From Cyanophyceae cyanobacterium (lineage in GTDB: Bacteria; Cyanobacteriota; Cyanobacteriia; Cyanobacteriales; Laspinemataceae): a stretch of 64,000 nt of DNA. The position numbers and the translations under genes are program-made. Positions 30,173-39,839 of this stretch are shown here, one piece after another (the first letter of the stretch is position 1; each line of letters opens with the position of its first letter). The stretch lies in NCBI GenBank assembly GCA_038321985.1, contig JBBQFN010000002.1, positions 128,001 through 192,000 on the forward strand. The letters are read 5' to 3'. The notes below the pieces were generated by a model. The model was not told where the DNA came from. It saw only the letters and a list, made by a program, of their open reading frames with translations, and ran no database searches.

Positions 30173-30242
30173 TGGGTTAGACCCCCTACGAGGGAATACT
30201 CCCTATAATGATAATGGAAAATCAATTGAGGGGAGGGTTCGG

Positions 30243-31679
30243 ATGGATGAAATCATTGCAATTTTAGAGGATGACTCAGGGCGCATACAGGCAATGGAAC
30301 AGCGTCTCAAAGAGTCATTTCCTGACTACTCATCAATTTTTTTTAATAATGCCCCGGATATAATTACCTGGTTAAAAGGCCACCTACATGAGTGTATTCT
30401 GATCAGTCTGGACCATGATCTCGGCCCCAGTTGGGAACGTAACGGCCAACTTTTAGACCCGGGAATCGGTCGAGATGTGGTGGATTATTTAGTGACTCAA
30501 CTGCCACAATGTCCCGTGATTCTCCACACCTCTAATAGTGAGGCGGAAATTGGGATGGAAATGGCTCTTACTGATGCAAATTGGCAATGTGAACGGGTCA
30601 TCCCCTTCTACTCCCTGGAGTCCATTAACACATGGGATTGGGTTGATAAAGATTGGGCAAAGGCCCTGAAACGGTTAATAAAATACCGGGGTAAAAATAG
30701 CCCGAATCCTATGGGCGATCGCCTCAAAGATAAACCTCCTCAACGAGAACCTCATACGGCACCTTGTTCTCGGATGATTATTATCTTAGATGATACCCCG
30801 GATTCTGATAAATTAATGAGCGATCGTCTCGGTGAGGTATTCCCCGGTTGGTCCTCCGGCTTTTTCAAAAATTCCATAGAATTAATGGCCTGGTTGTCGC
30901 GCAATACCCCTCAATTTAGCCGCCTGAGTCGAGCCAAAAGTATTGTGGTTTTAGACAATAACAGAAAGCGAATTGACCTTATGCGTAGACACCTGGGAGA
31001 ATTATTTCCAGACGAATCTTTGTTGTTTTTTGATAATGCGCCTGAAATTTTATCTTGGCTAAAAATTCATTTAGAAAAATGCTTACTGATTAGCTTAGAT
31101 TATAATCTCGGTCCGAGTTGGACCCGAGAAGACCAACTTTTTGACCCAGGGACGGGGCGAGAAGTAGTAGATTATTTAGCCACACAGCCGCCCCAATGTC
31201 CCCTCATTTTTCATGCTTCTAATAAAGAAGCAGAAATTGGCATGGAAATGGGATTAATAGAGACGCGGTGGATTTTTGAACGGGTGATGACTTCTAAGGA
31301 TTTAAAATGGATCGAAACCGCCTGGTTGCCAATGGTTAAGTTACTCTTAAATCCAATTGCTCATACCCAACTGAATGAATCCGATATTCCCTCCACTCAT
31401 GCCCGATGGGAGTTATTTAATCATTTTGCTTTAACCTTCAATGGCTATGAATCCTGGGAGTCGGTGGAAAAATGCGTCGAAATAGGCGATCGCTGTGCCA
31501 AAGATTACCAAACAAAGCATATTCTTCCGCAGTCATTCCAGGAACTCCGCACCGCATTATTAATGGCTAGAAATCACTGGCGACGGTATAATGTGGAACC
31601 CGATGATGAAGGGATGAGTTACATTCAGGCGATCGCCCAACGTCTGCGTGACAAGGTTCGCGCCCAACATAGAGAGTGA
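30243..31679 (+). CDS. Tandem cyclic-phosphate-processing receiver-like domains plus C-terminal helical domain
   Basis: ATG 30243 with GGAGG-like RBS; ILEDD...ISLDHDLG...G.DVV...ILHTSN repeated in degenerate form. Confidence 0.7.
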   Translation: MDEIIAILEDDSGRIQAMEQRLKESFPDYSSIFFNNAPDIITWLKGHLHECILISLDHDLGPSWERNGQLLDPGIGRDVVDYLVTQLPQCPVILHTSNSEAEIGMEMALTDANWQCERVIPFYSLESINTWDWVDKDWAKALKRLIKYRGKNSPNPMGDRLKDKPPQREPHTAPCSRMIIILDDTPDSDKLMSDRLGEVFPGWSSGFFKNSIELMAWLSRNTPQFSRLSRAKSIVVLDNNRKRIDLMRRHLGELFPDESLLFFDNAPEILSWLKIHLEKCLLISLDYNLGPSWTREDQLFDPGTGREVVDYLATQPPQCPLIFHASNKEAEIGMEMGLIETRWIFERVMTSKDLKWIETAWLPMVKLLLNPIAHTQLNESDIPSTHARWELFNHFALTFNGYESWESVEKCVEIGDRCAKDYQTKHILPQSFQELRTALLMARNHWRRYNVEPDDEGMSYIQAIAQRLRDKVRAQHRE

Positions 31680-32088
31680 GTGGGAACCAGAAACCCTTGA
31701 AAATTTCGCCCAGCTAAAGAAATAATTAAGGCAATTTATAACCCAATTTAGCCCTGATTTGCAGTGTTCTTCCTCCCCTTTTTTGCCCCCTAAATAGAAT
31801 TTATTTAAAACCCTTTCTTTCACCTTTTAAAACTTACCCGGCAGTTTCAGCAACATCCCCTCTTCTCCCTACTCTAAATTTGAAGTGCTCTCGATGCTAT
31901 GATTTCCTCCCCCATTCCTGTTAAACCCCAGGAATGGTTCCCGAATCAAGGGTCCCGGGATGATTATCTCCTCACTTCCCTAAAATTTCCTAAAATGGGG
32001 ATAGACCGATCCGTGTCAATCTTAAGATTTGCTTAAAAAAGCAGCCCTGTATAGGGTCAGGCTCAATAATAGAAGGTTATAGGGAATT

Positions 32089-33660
32089 ATGGCATCCCCA
32101 TCTAAAGTAAAAGCGTATCTTGCTCATTGGCTGCAATTAGGCAAAACTGTCTTGATGCAGAATGGAGGGCTCGACAGAAAGCCAACCCGAACCATCGCAG
32201 GCGAGACGTACAGTCAGGAGTTTGAACAATTATGGCAAGAGGTGCACAAGTCAGACTCAGGGCAGTGTTATCTAGGCGGAACCGAGCAAACCGTTGCCGA
32301 ACTGATGTCCTCGGAGTGGGAAATTGTAGATTGCCCGCGATGCTCCATGCCTCAACCCCTCCGAACTCAAGGAATGCCCCCCATGTCCTGCCCTTGTAAC
32401 GACCTACCCAACTGGCCCAATCCGGACATCCCCGCACCCCGATCGCCTGTCACAAATCGGACCGAACTCCAAGCCATCCGCGATCGCCTCGATCACATGG
32501 CACTTAGAGCCGATTTGTATGCCTCCACCATTGGTAATCAACCCACAGACTATCCCCAACCGGATCAAGCGCTTGCCTGGTTGCGCCATCAGAACGAATT
32601 AATCTTAAACTCTGCTGGAGAAGGAATCTGTGGATTGGATGAGCAGATGAAGCTCACCTTCCTAAATCCTGCTGCTACAACAATGCTGGGTTACGAACCT
32701 ACCGAGGCGATCGGTCAATCTATCCAAATCATGTTAAAAATGACCCCTGCGCCTGAATCCCCCAGTCCAGGGAGTGAATTTCCCATTTATGAAACCCTGA
32801 AACAAGGCACGGTTAAATTTATTGCCGGTGGACTCTTTTGGCGGAAAGATGGCACCAGTTTTCCCGTGGAATATATTAGCGCCCCCCTCCGGCAAAAAGG
32901 TCAAATCGTTGGGGTTGTTTTAACCTTCAAAGACATCACAGAACGGCTCGAAATCGAACGGATGAAGGATGAGTTTATCTCCATCGTCAGCCACGAACTG
33001 CGCACCCCACTCACCTCAATTCGGGGTGCTCTGGGACTGGTAGCGAGTGGGGTACTTGCCAACAAACCCGACAAATCCCAACGAATGCTGAGCATTGCCT
33101 TAGAAAACTCAGACCGTCTGTTGCGTCTGCTCAATGATATTTTGGATATGGAGCGAATGGCCTCGGGAAAAGTCGCGATGCTCAAACAACCTTGTCATGT
33201 GGGAGAGCTGATGCAACGAGGGGCAGATTCCATACAAGCCCTGGCACAGGAAGCATCAGTCTCGATTGTGGTAGAGCCAGCCGAGGTAGAATTGTTAGCC
33301 GACCCTGATCGCCTGATCCAGGTGTTCACCAATCTCTTGAGCAATGCCATCAAATTTTCCACTCCAGGCTCCAAAGTTTGGCTAACTGCAACCGTCTCAT
33401 CAACTTATATCCTGTTTCAGGTCAAAGATTGTGGACGCGGGATTCCCCCGGAACGATTAGAAAAGATTTTTGAGCGCTTCCAACAGGTAGATAGTTCCGA
33501 CTCCCGAGCACATGGGGGTACAGGTTTAGGTTTGGCGATTTGTGAAAAAATTGTCCAACAGCATGGGGGCCGGATATGGGCTGAAAGTACCCTGGGTGAA
33601 GGCAGCACCTTTTCCTTTACAATCCAGGGTGCAGATTCTCAGCCCGAGGCATCTCTCTAG
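32089..33660 (+). CDS. Sensor histidine kinase: Cys-rich N-terminal domain - PAS - HisKA - HATPase
   Basis: ILNSAGEGI...DITER, VSHELRTPL, NLLSNAIKFS, GGTGLGLAI; N-terminus has CPRC and CPC. Confidence 0.92.
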   Translation: MASPSKVKAYLAHWLQLGKTVLMQNGGLDRKPTRTIAGETYSQEFEQLWQEVHKSDSGQCYLGGTEQTVAELMSSEWEIVDCPRCSMPQPLRTQGMPPMSCPCNDLPNWPNPDIPAPRSPVTNRTELQAIRDRLDHMALRADLYASTIGNQPTDYPQPDQALAWLRHQNELILNSAGEGICGLDEQMKLTFLNPAATTMLGYEPTEAIGQSIQIMLKMTPAPESPSPGSEFPIYETLKQGTVKFIAGGLFWRKDGTSFPVEYISAPLRQKGQIVGVVLTFKDITERLEIERMKDEFISIVSHELRTPLTSIRGALGLVASGVLANKPDKSQRMLSIALENSDRLLRLLNDILDMERMASGKVAMLKQPCHVGELMQRGADSIQALAQEASVSIVVEPAEVELLADPDRLIQVFTNLLSNAIKFSTPGSKVWLTATVSSTYILFQVKDCGRGIPPERLEKIFERFQQVDSSDSRAHGGTGLGLAICEKIVQQHGGRIWAESTLGEGSTFSFTIQGADSQPEASL

Positions 33661-33734
33661 TGCATCGATTTCGTAGAGGGTGGGAGGGGATAGCCGGATG
33701 TTAAGCACTGACTTGGAACCCGAGGCGATCGCCC

Positions 33735-33781
33735 AAAAAAAAGCCCCCGGACCTTGGCCCTAGGGCCTGAGTTCGGGTGCT
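33735..33781 (-). terminator. Rho-independent terminator (minus strand)
   Basis: GC-rich stem followed by an 8-U tract on the minus strand. Confidence 0.7.
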
Positions 33782-34025
33782 GTTAAATTAGTTTTGTGTT
33801 TGCGTTTGCGTGATTGGCAGTCCAAACTGCTGGGTCCAAACGACTGATCAATCAATCTTCAAGTTCCAGAAGGACTCCCAGGCGCAATTGAAAAAACTGT
33901 AGAAAGAACAGGGTGGAAACCAAACCGATTGATTTCTACAACCCAGTGGGGGTAGATAGGTTAAAGGTCCGACCTCCCACCCCTAAAGAGGCAGCCAGTC
34001 CCTGGTGTTCCCGAGGCCAAACCAT

Positions 34026-34151
34026 TTAGCTTTGTTTGTTCAAAAAGTTTTGGATTTGTGCGATCGCCAACCGAGAAACGTTGAAAAGTGCCCAGCTTCC
34101 AGCGCCAATGATAGGTAACAGAACAACAAGTACGCGCCAGTCAAAATCCAT
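34026..34151 (-). CDS. psbY: Photosystem II protein Y (41 aa; not in ORF track)
   Basis: [50 protein letters not shown] upstream. Confidence 0.93.
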   Translation of the reverse strand: MDFDWRVLVVLLPIIGAGSWALFNVSRLAIAQIQNFLNKQS

Positions 34152-34349
34152 ACTGAATTCCCCTTTTCTTTAAATTCTTAACTTATTTTCGGAGTTCTAC
34201 TAACATTTTGCAATCAATTGGCTCACTTGAACAGCCCTTTTGACTGATTCCGGTCAAATAAGCCGGGAAAACACCGAGAAAAAATCAGGGAGGGGCTTGA
34301 GGGGTCCATCCCTGATTATTTAAGAGTGAGACTGTCCCGCTACCCGCGA

Positions 34350-34910
34350 TTACGAATCTATCGCCACAGCAAAGCCGAGATCCGTTCCCTTGCCGGCATG
34401 AACCAACGCCAGCTTTTCATAGTGTCTGGCGTGTTCGATCAGTTTAGCCGCATCCGTTTCCGAAACCGAGCGAATCGCTTTAGCCGGAATTCCAACCACC
34501 AGAGTATAAGGCGGGACATCCTTCGTGACGACTGCCCCGGCACCGATGGTACTCCCAGTCCCTACCCGGACCCCATCCATGACCACTGCACCGATCCCCA
34601 CCAAACAGCCTCGTTCAATGTAGGCCCCATGTACCACCGCCCGATGTCCCACGGTCACTAAATCTTCTAAAATAGTCGGTTTTCCCGGATCTCCATGTAA
34701 AATCGCCCCATCTTGGATATTGCTACTTGCGCCAATGATAATTTTTTCTACATCCCCACGCACCACCGCGCCGTACCAGATACTCGCACCCCGGCCCACC
34801 TCCACCCAGCCCACTACTGTCGCATTGGGGGCAACAAAGGCGGCAAGAGACAAGTCGGGAAGGGGCCAATAATTCGCGCAGCCCTGGAAAGGTTGATTGA
34901 AATTTGTCAC
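34350..34910 (-). CDS. Gamma carbonic anhydrase family (hexapeptide repeat) protein
   Basis: SIWYGAVVRGD, NIQDGAILH, TVGHRAVVHG. Confidence 0.92.
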   Translation of the reverse strand: MTNFNQPFQGCANYWPLPDLSLAAFVAPNATVVGWVEVGRGASIWYGAVVRGDVEKIIIGASSNIQDGAILHGDPGKPTILEDLVTVGHRAVVHGAYIERGCLVGIGAVVMDGVRVGTGSTIGAGAVVTKDVPPYTLVVGIPAKAIRSVSETDAAKLIEHARHYEKLALVHAGKGTDLGFAVAIDS

Positions 34911-35031
34911 AATTTTGGTTACCTGATTTTAAGGAATCGCCATAAATTGTAAGCAATACTCAGGTCTGCCTAGCTATAATAAAGCCAAAATCCCTGGCGC
35001 ACCTAACCCCAGCAAGTTGGCCCCCAATAGC

Positions 35032-35541
35032 ATGATCAATTTAGCTTCGCAGTATCCTATCTTCGGCCCAGAGATTCAGTGTCCACACTGTCGTCAGACA
35101 ATACCCGCACTGACTCTGACGGATACTTATCTGTGTCAGCGACATGGCGCGTTTGAGGCTAACCCTTCCACGGGGGAACTGATTCATCTCCAGTCTGGAC
35201 GGCACTGGCGTCAGTGGAATAGTGAGTGGTATCGGCAACATACCCATCCTGATGGGATTCGCTTTGAAATTCACGAAGCCCTCGATCGCCTTTATACCCA
35301 GGGTTATCGTGCAACCCAAGTGATAATCGCCCAACGGTATCAGAATCTGATCGGGTCTTATCTAGAACGCAGTTCTCCTTGGCGGGGTCAGCCCGATTCG
35401 GCAAAATTGCGCCTCTATGGTTTACCTGTCGAATTCAGTCCGGACGCGGAGGCCGATCCCTGTTGGGAAGTGATTAATTTTGAGTTGGAAAAGGAACCGG
35501 GTGTTCCTATCCGCTATCCTTATTTCCGATTGTTTGAATAA
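35032..35541 (+). CDS. Conserved cyanobacterial protein (TIGR02652-like)
   Basis: QYPIFGPEIQCPHCRQTIPALTLTDTYLC..HG, HTHPDGIRFEIHEALDRL. Confidence 0.85.
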   Translation: MINLASQYPIFGPEIQCPHCRQTIPALTLTDTYLCQRHGAFEANPSTGELIHLQSGRHWRQWNSEWYRQHTHPDGIRFEIHEALDRLYTQGYRATQVIIAQRYQNLIGSYLERSSPWRGQPDSAKLRLYGLPVEFSPDAEADPCWEVINFELEKEPGVPIRYPYFRLFE

Positions 35542-35561
35542 CCCGGTTCAGGGCCGCGAAG

Positions 35562-35996
35562 ATGCACCACGTTTCTATCCGCACTGCTAATATTCATCGC
35601 GCGATCGCCTTTTATTCCCTCCTCGGATTTACCGTTTGCGAGCGCTTTACCGCCGGCATTACCCTTGCCTGTTGGATGGAAGGCTTAAATGGACGCATCG
35701 AACTGATTCAAATTCCCCAACCTCGACCCGCTGCCGATGCCTTTGGGGATGAGCATTACACCGGCTATTATCATTTATCCTTTGATCTGACCCAAACCAC
35801 TCCCGATCTGCCCGGTTGGTTAGAAGAGTTACAACAGCGCGTTTTGCACGCAAGCGAGTCTAATCCGGATTTGTCCCCGTTGAAGGTGTTGCTTGAGCCT
35901 ACCCAGCAAATGATTGGCGATCGCCTTTACGAAGTCGCTTTTATTGCCGATACCGATGGCCTCCCCTTAGAATTTATTCGAGTTTTAAAATCCTAA
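35562..35996 (+). CDS. VOC/glyoxalase family protein
   Basis: MHHVSIRTANI..AIAFY, RIELI, YYHLSF, FIADTDGLPLEF. Confidence 0.9.
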   Translation: MHHVSIRTANIHRAIAFYSLLGFTVCERFTAGITLACWMEGLNGRIELIQIPQPRPAADAFGDEHYTGYYHLSFDLTQTTPDLPGWLEELQQRVLHASESNPDLSPLKVLLEPTQQMIGDRLYEVAFIADTDGLPLEFIRVLKS

Positions 35997-36025
35997 AGAT
36001 GACAGATTGGGGAAATTCCGGAGAA

Positions 36026-36053
36026 GTTGGTAGTAACGACTTGCTGTCGTTTC
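36026..36053. repeat. REP-like element (TAGTAACGACTT family)
   Basis: 23 bp identical to 26241-26263. Confidence 0.8.
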
Positions 36054-36206
36054 TGCATCCAAGCGCGTAAGCCGCCCAATGCCCGTGTCAGGGCTTCAGC
36101 CATAACCCGAGAACCAATCTAATCTCCCCAACTCCCCCATTTTCCCCAGGCATACCCCGAGGATGATACATTCGGTAAGGAAACGTTCGCAATTTTCCTC
36201 AAAACT

Positions 36207-36728
36207 ATGACTTTCCTACCCCTCATGCGATCGCCCTTAAAGCTGTTCCCGCGTTTGAGATGGCAACCCCTCTTCTCCCTCCTGTTCAGTCTGGGAGTGG
36301 GGCTGAGTTTGTTCGGGTCCCCAGTTTTGGCCGCGTCGGTTAATCCAGGCTATCTAGCTGCTCAATCCCTCACTGAAATTAAAGTCAGCTTAGGCAATAG
36401 CGCCGACGAGCTTAAGTTTACTCCTGATCGCCTCGACTTTGTTGCCGGAAAGGGGTATAAATTAGTCCTGGACAATCCCAGTCCCCAAAAACATTATTTC
36501 ACGGCTAAAGATTTTGCCGATGCCAGTTGGACTAACAAAGTCGAAGCAGGAAAGGTAGAAATTAAAGGCGCGATCCATGAACTCGAACTCAAACCTACCG
36601 CTGAAGCGGAATGGATATTAATCCCCCTCAAACCCGGTACTTATCAGTTGCGCTGCACCATTCCGGGTCATACAGAAGCCGGAATGACCGGCACGATTAC
36701 CGTCTCTGCCGGACCGGAACCCGTATAA
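36207..36728 (+). CDS. Exported cupredoxin (blue-copper type) protein
   Basis: Signal peptide; KHYF and CTIPGHTEAGM type-1 Cu ligands. Confidence 0.88.
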   Translation: MTFLPLMRSPLKLFPRLRWQPLFSLLFSLGVGLSLFGSPVLAASVNPGYLAAQSLTEIKVSLGNSADELKFTPDRLDFVAGKGYKLVLDNPSPQKHYFTAKDFADASWTNKVEAGKVEIKGAIHELELKPTAEAEWILIPLKPGTYQLRCTIPGHTEAGMTGTITVSAGPEPV

Positions 36729-36908
36729 ATGTTTACAAGCACTCAAGGGTTGGGAAGGACTCTTTAACCCACAACTCTCTGGGGAATTGGGGAATAATCT
36801 GTTAACTTAGATAAAGATTCCTCGATGCAAGTTAAGGCGATCGCCCTAACTTGCGCAACGCTTCCTCATTATTTATTGATGTCCATATCCTAGTTACTTA
36901 TCCCATAG

Positions 36909-37742
36909 ATGAACATTCTTTCTAATCTACTTCCTCAGCCCGTCGGTCAATCGCGTGCCAAAAAACAGCAACGCCGGGGTATTGAACTCAAGTCGAAGCG
37001 CGAAATCGAGATCATGCGTCAGGCATCAAAAATTGTCGCAACGGTTCTCAAAGAAATTTCTGAAATGGTTGAACCGGGAATGACCACCGCTGACTTGGAT
37101 GCCTATGCAGAAAAACGCATCCGGGAAATGGGAGCCACTCCTAGTTTTAAAGGCTATCATGGATTTCCTGCCTCGATTTGCGCCAGTGTTAATCAAGAAG
37201 TGGTGCATGGTATTCCCAACAAAAAAAAGGTACTCTGTCTTGGGGATGTCCTCAAAGTCGATACGGGCGCTTATTTTGAGGGATTTCATGGGGATTCTTG
37301 CATTACCGTTCCCGTGGGTGGGGAAACCTCCCCAGAGGCGGCACACTTGATTCGCGCCGCTGAAGAATCGCTTTATAAGGGGATTGAACAAGTGAAAGCC
37401 GGGAATTATCTGCTAGATATTGCCGGTGCGATCGAAGATTGTGTTAAAGCCAATGGGTTTAGTGTAGTCGAAGATTTCACGGGTCATGGTGTGGGGCGAA
37501 ATCTCCACGAAGAACCTTCGGTTTTTAATTTCCGGACTCGGGAAATGCCCAATGTGAAATTACGGGCGGGGATGACCCTGGCGATCGAGCCAATTGTGAA
37601 CCAGGGTTCACGCTACACGAAAATTTTATCGGATAAATGGACTGCGGTCACCGTTGATAATTCCCTATCCGCTCAGTTTGAGCATACGGTATTGGTCACT
37701 GATGATGGATATGAGATTTTAACCGATCGCACGAAGGTATAA
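36909..37742 (+). CDS. map: Methionine aminopeptidase type I
   Basis: [45 protein letters not shown]. Confidence 0.97.
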   Translation: MNILSNLLPQPVGQSRAKKQQRRGIELKSKREIEIMRQASKIVATVLKEISEMVEPGMTTADLDAYAEKRIREMGATPSFKGYHGFPASICASVNQEVVHGIPNKKKVLCLGDVLKVDTGAYFEGFHGDSCITVPVGGETSPEAAHLIRAAEESLYKGIEQVKAGNYLLDIAGAIEDCVKANGFSVVEDFTGHGVGRNLHEEPSVFNFRTREMPNVKLRAGMTLAIEPIVNQGSRYTKILSDKWTAVTVDNSLSAQFEHTVLVTDDGYEILTDRTKV

Positions 37743-38452
37743 TTTTCCGGTGATAAGTGCCTCCTCCACTGGGTTGGGGGCTATTTTTTTTTGGGGAAAC
37801 TGGGGTTTTTCCAGAAAACCGACCCCTGAGTGGGTGCTGCCACCGGGACCAAGTTGCGCTTCGACTGCCCTCAGCCGGCGCTTGGTTCTAGAGAAAAGGG
37901 CCTTGGAAAAGCTGGGTTTGGGATGAATCAATCCTAAACCTTCTTTGGCTGTAACTGTGATTTTACAACCGTTGCTACACCCAACTCGGGTTTGAATCCC
38001 TGGCAGTTTTTGGGTCTAACCGGTTAGATTTTTCCCAATTAGGGCCTCGGGATAAAGTTGATCAATGGGGTTTCTAACGAGACTTTCTACCCATGTCCTA
38101 AATTAACCCTAGGACTTAATAAGCGGGGATCATTTATTAAGGGGAACGATCCCATTAATAAATGGGTTTAAAACTCAATTCTCTCCTGAAAAAACACAGT
38201 TTTAATCTTTACGGACTTAAAACCAATCTAAAGATTAAGGAGATTGTAAACCCAGATCCTGCCTTGGAAAAATTTATCGAGTATGGTGAAGTAACCCGAC
38301 TGCTATCAGCAAAATTTTTTAATCTTCCTAGAAAAACTAAACTGAGGAGAGTGTGATATAATCCGTTAAATGATACGCAATCGCTGCGTTCGTTTAACTT
38401 AATCATAACAATCTTACAGTATAGCATCTCGCTCGATTCAATAATAGGGTGT

Positions 38453-39376
38453 ATGGGAGAAAAAGCGATTGTGCAAGCCAAACTGTTAGGAAACTGTAAC
38501 TGGGGCATCCGATGGGTGCAGATTGTCCGGCGCGAAGCCTGGGTGAATTGGTTATTCATCCAAGGTGAGATATGGGTCGGAATTATCCCGGGATTGATTT
38601 TTCTAAGTGTTGCCTGGAACGCTCAGGAATCACCACAAGTAGAACTTCTGCCGGTGTTAGCCGGGGGGACGCTCTATTTCTTGTTATATACTTATACTTT
38701 TTGTGTAGCGAACCAAATGATGGGTGTGGTGGGCGATCGCATTAACCAGCGCGATCGCCCCCTGTGCCGGGGTCTGATTTCTTATCACGGAGCCAAGCGG
38801 CGCTGGATTGCCAGCATGGTAAGCTTCTCAGTGGTGGGATGGCAGTTAGGGGTTTTTGAATGGACCCTGCTCTGGCAAGTCTGTATTGCCTTGCTCACCT
38901 TTGGACGATTCAGCGTAGAATGGCCCACGAAACACTTCTTTTTAGGACTCGGAGCGATCGCTCAAATGGCCGCAGCATGGCAGATGATCGCATCGATTAA
39001 CCTCGTTCAGGGGACCTGGATCTTGTTAGTGGCAATTCTGTGTAGTGCGGTTTTAGGCATTCAAGACCTCAGCGATTTTGAGGGAGATTTGGCGACAGGG
39101 GTGAACACATTTCCGATAACGTTTGGAGATAAAGGCAGCCGAGTTATCCTTTGTATCAGCTTTTTGCTCTTGCCTTTTGTCATTCATGTGGGACTGTTAA
39201 TGCCAGCGGGCTTTAACGCTCATTTACTCCCCTGGGCAGTCGCCCAAGCCTTCGCCAGTTGGGGGGTAGCCCTGCGGGTGATTTTCTATCAATCGCCCAC
39301 TGCTGATCACGATACTTACCTATTAGCTTTAGGTTGGTATTATCTCGTTTTAGGCAGTGCAAGCGCCGCATTTTAA
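38453..39376 (+). CDS. UbiA-superfamily membrane protein resembling UbiA-type terpene cyclases
   Basis: Multi-TM; NQMMGVVGD..N..DRP and QDLSDFEGD...G.TFP motifs. Confidence 0.75.
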   Translation: MGEKAIVQAKLLGNCNWGIRWVQIVRREAWVNWLFIQGEIWVGIIPGLIFLSVAWNAQESPQVELLPVLAGGTLYFLLYTYTFCVANQMMGVVGDRINQRDRPLCRGLISYHGAKRRWIASMVSFSVVGWQLGVFEWTLLWQVCIALLTFGRFSVEWPTKHFFLGLGAIAQMAAAWQMIASINLVQGTWILLVAILCSAVLGIQDLSDFEGDLATGVNTFPITFGDKGSRVILCISFLLLPFVIHVGLLMPAGFNAHLLPWAVAQAFASWGVALRVIFYQSPTADHDTYLLALGWYYLVLGSASAAF

Positions 39377-39839
39377 GCCGATTTAACTTTCCTTCAACAC
39401 CCCTCAAAAAGTCCAGTGCGATCGCCCTAATCGGCGATCCTTTTTTTGAGAATCCAACCCCAAAATAGAAGGATTCCCACCTAAAAAACTCAAAAATTCT
39501 CCGGCCTGGGTTGAACGTAAATTCCCTGGATTATAAGTAGCGCGTCATTCCTAAAAAATTACCAGAAATTTGTAGGATTCCTCTAAACTCCTTGACTCCC
39601 AGGCGATCGCCGGTGCAAATCTGGATTTGCCTCCCAGGTTTTAGGAGCGATCGCCAACAGTGACGATTGATAAAGTGTCTACTTCCCTGGCTTCCTAGGG
39701 CAATCCAGATTGTAAGGTAAACCATGAGCCGGCAGGGCAATAATCAAAGCTAATTGGGGTAGGTTGCATCAACGAACCCACGCCGACTCGTGCTCGATGG
39801 CAAAATAGAGAAGAAGAAGGCGATCGCCCAGAGGCAAGC

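Noticed and set aside
30030..30242. N-terminal extension of the 549-aa ORF overlapping the GNAT gene
   Set aside because: ATG 30243 has a good RBS and coincides with the first domain start.
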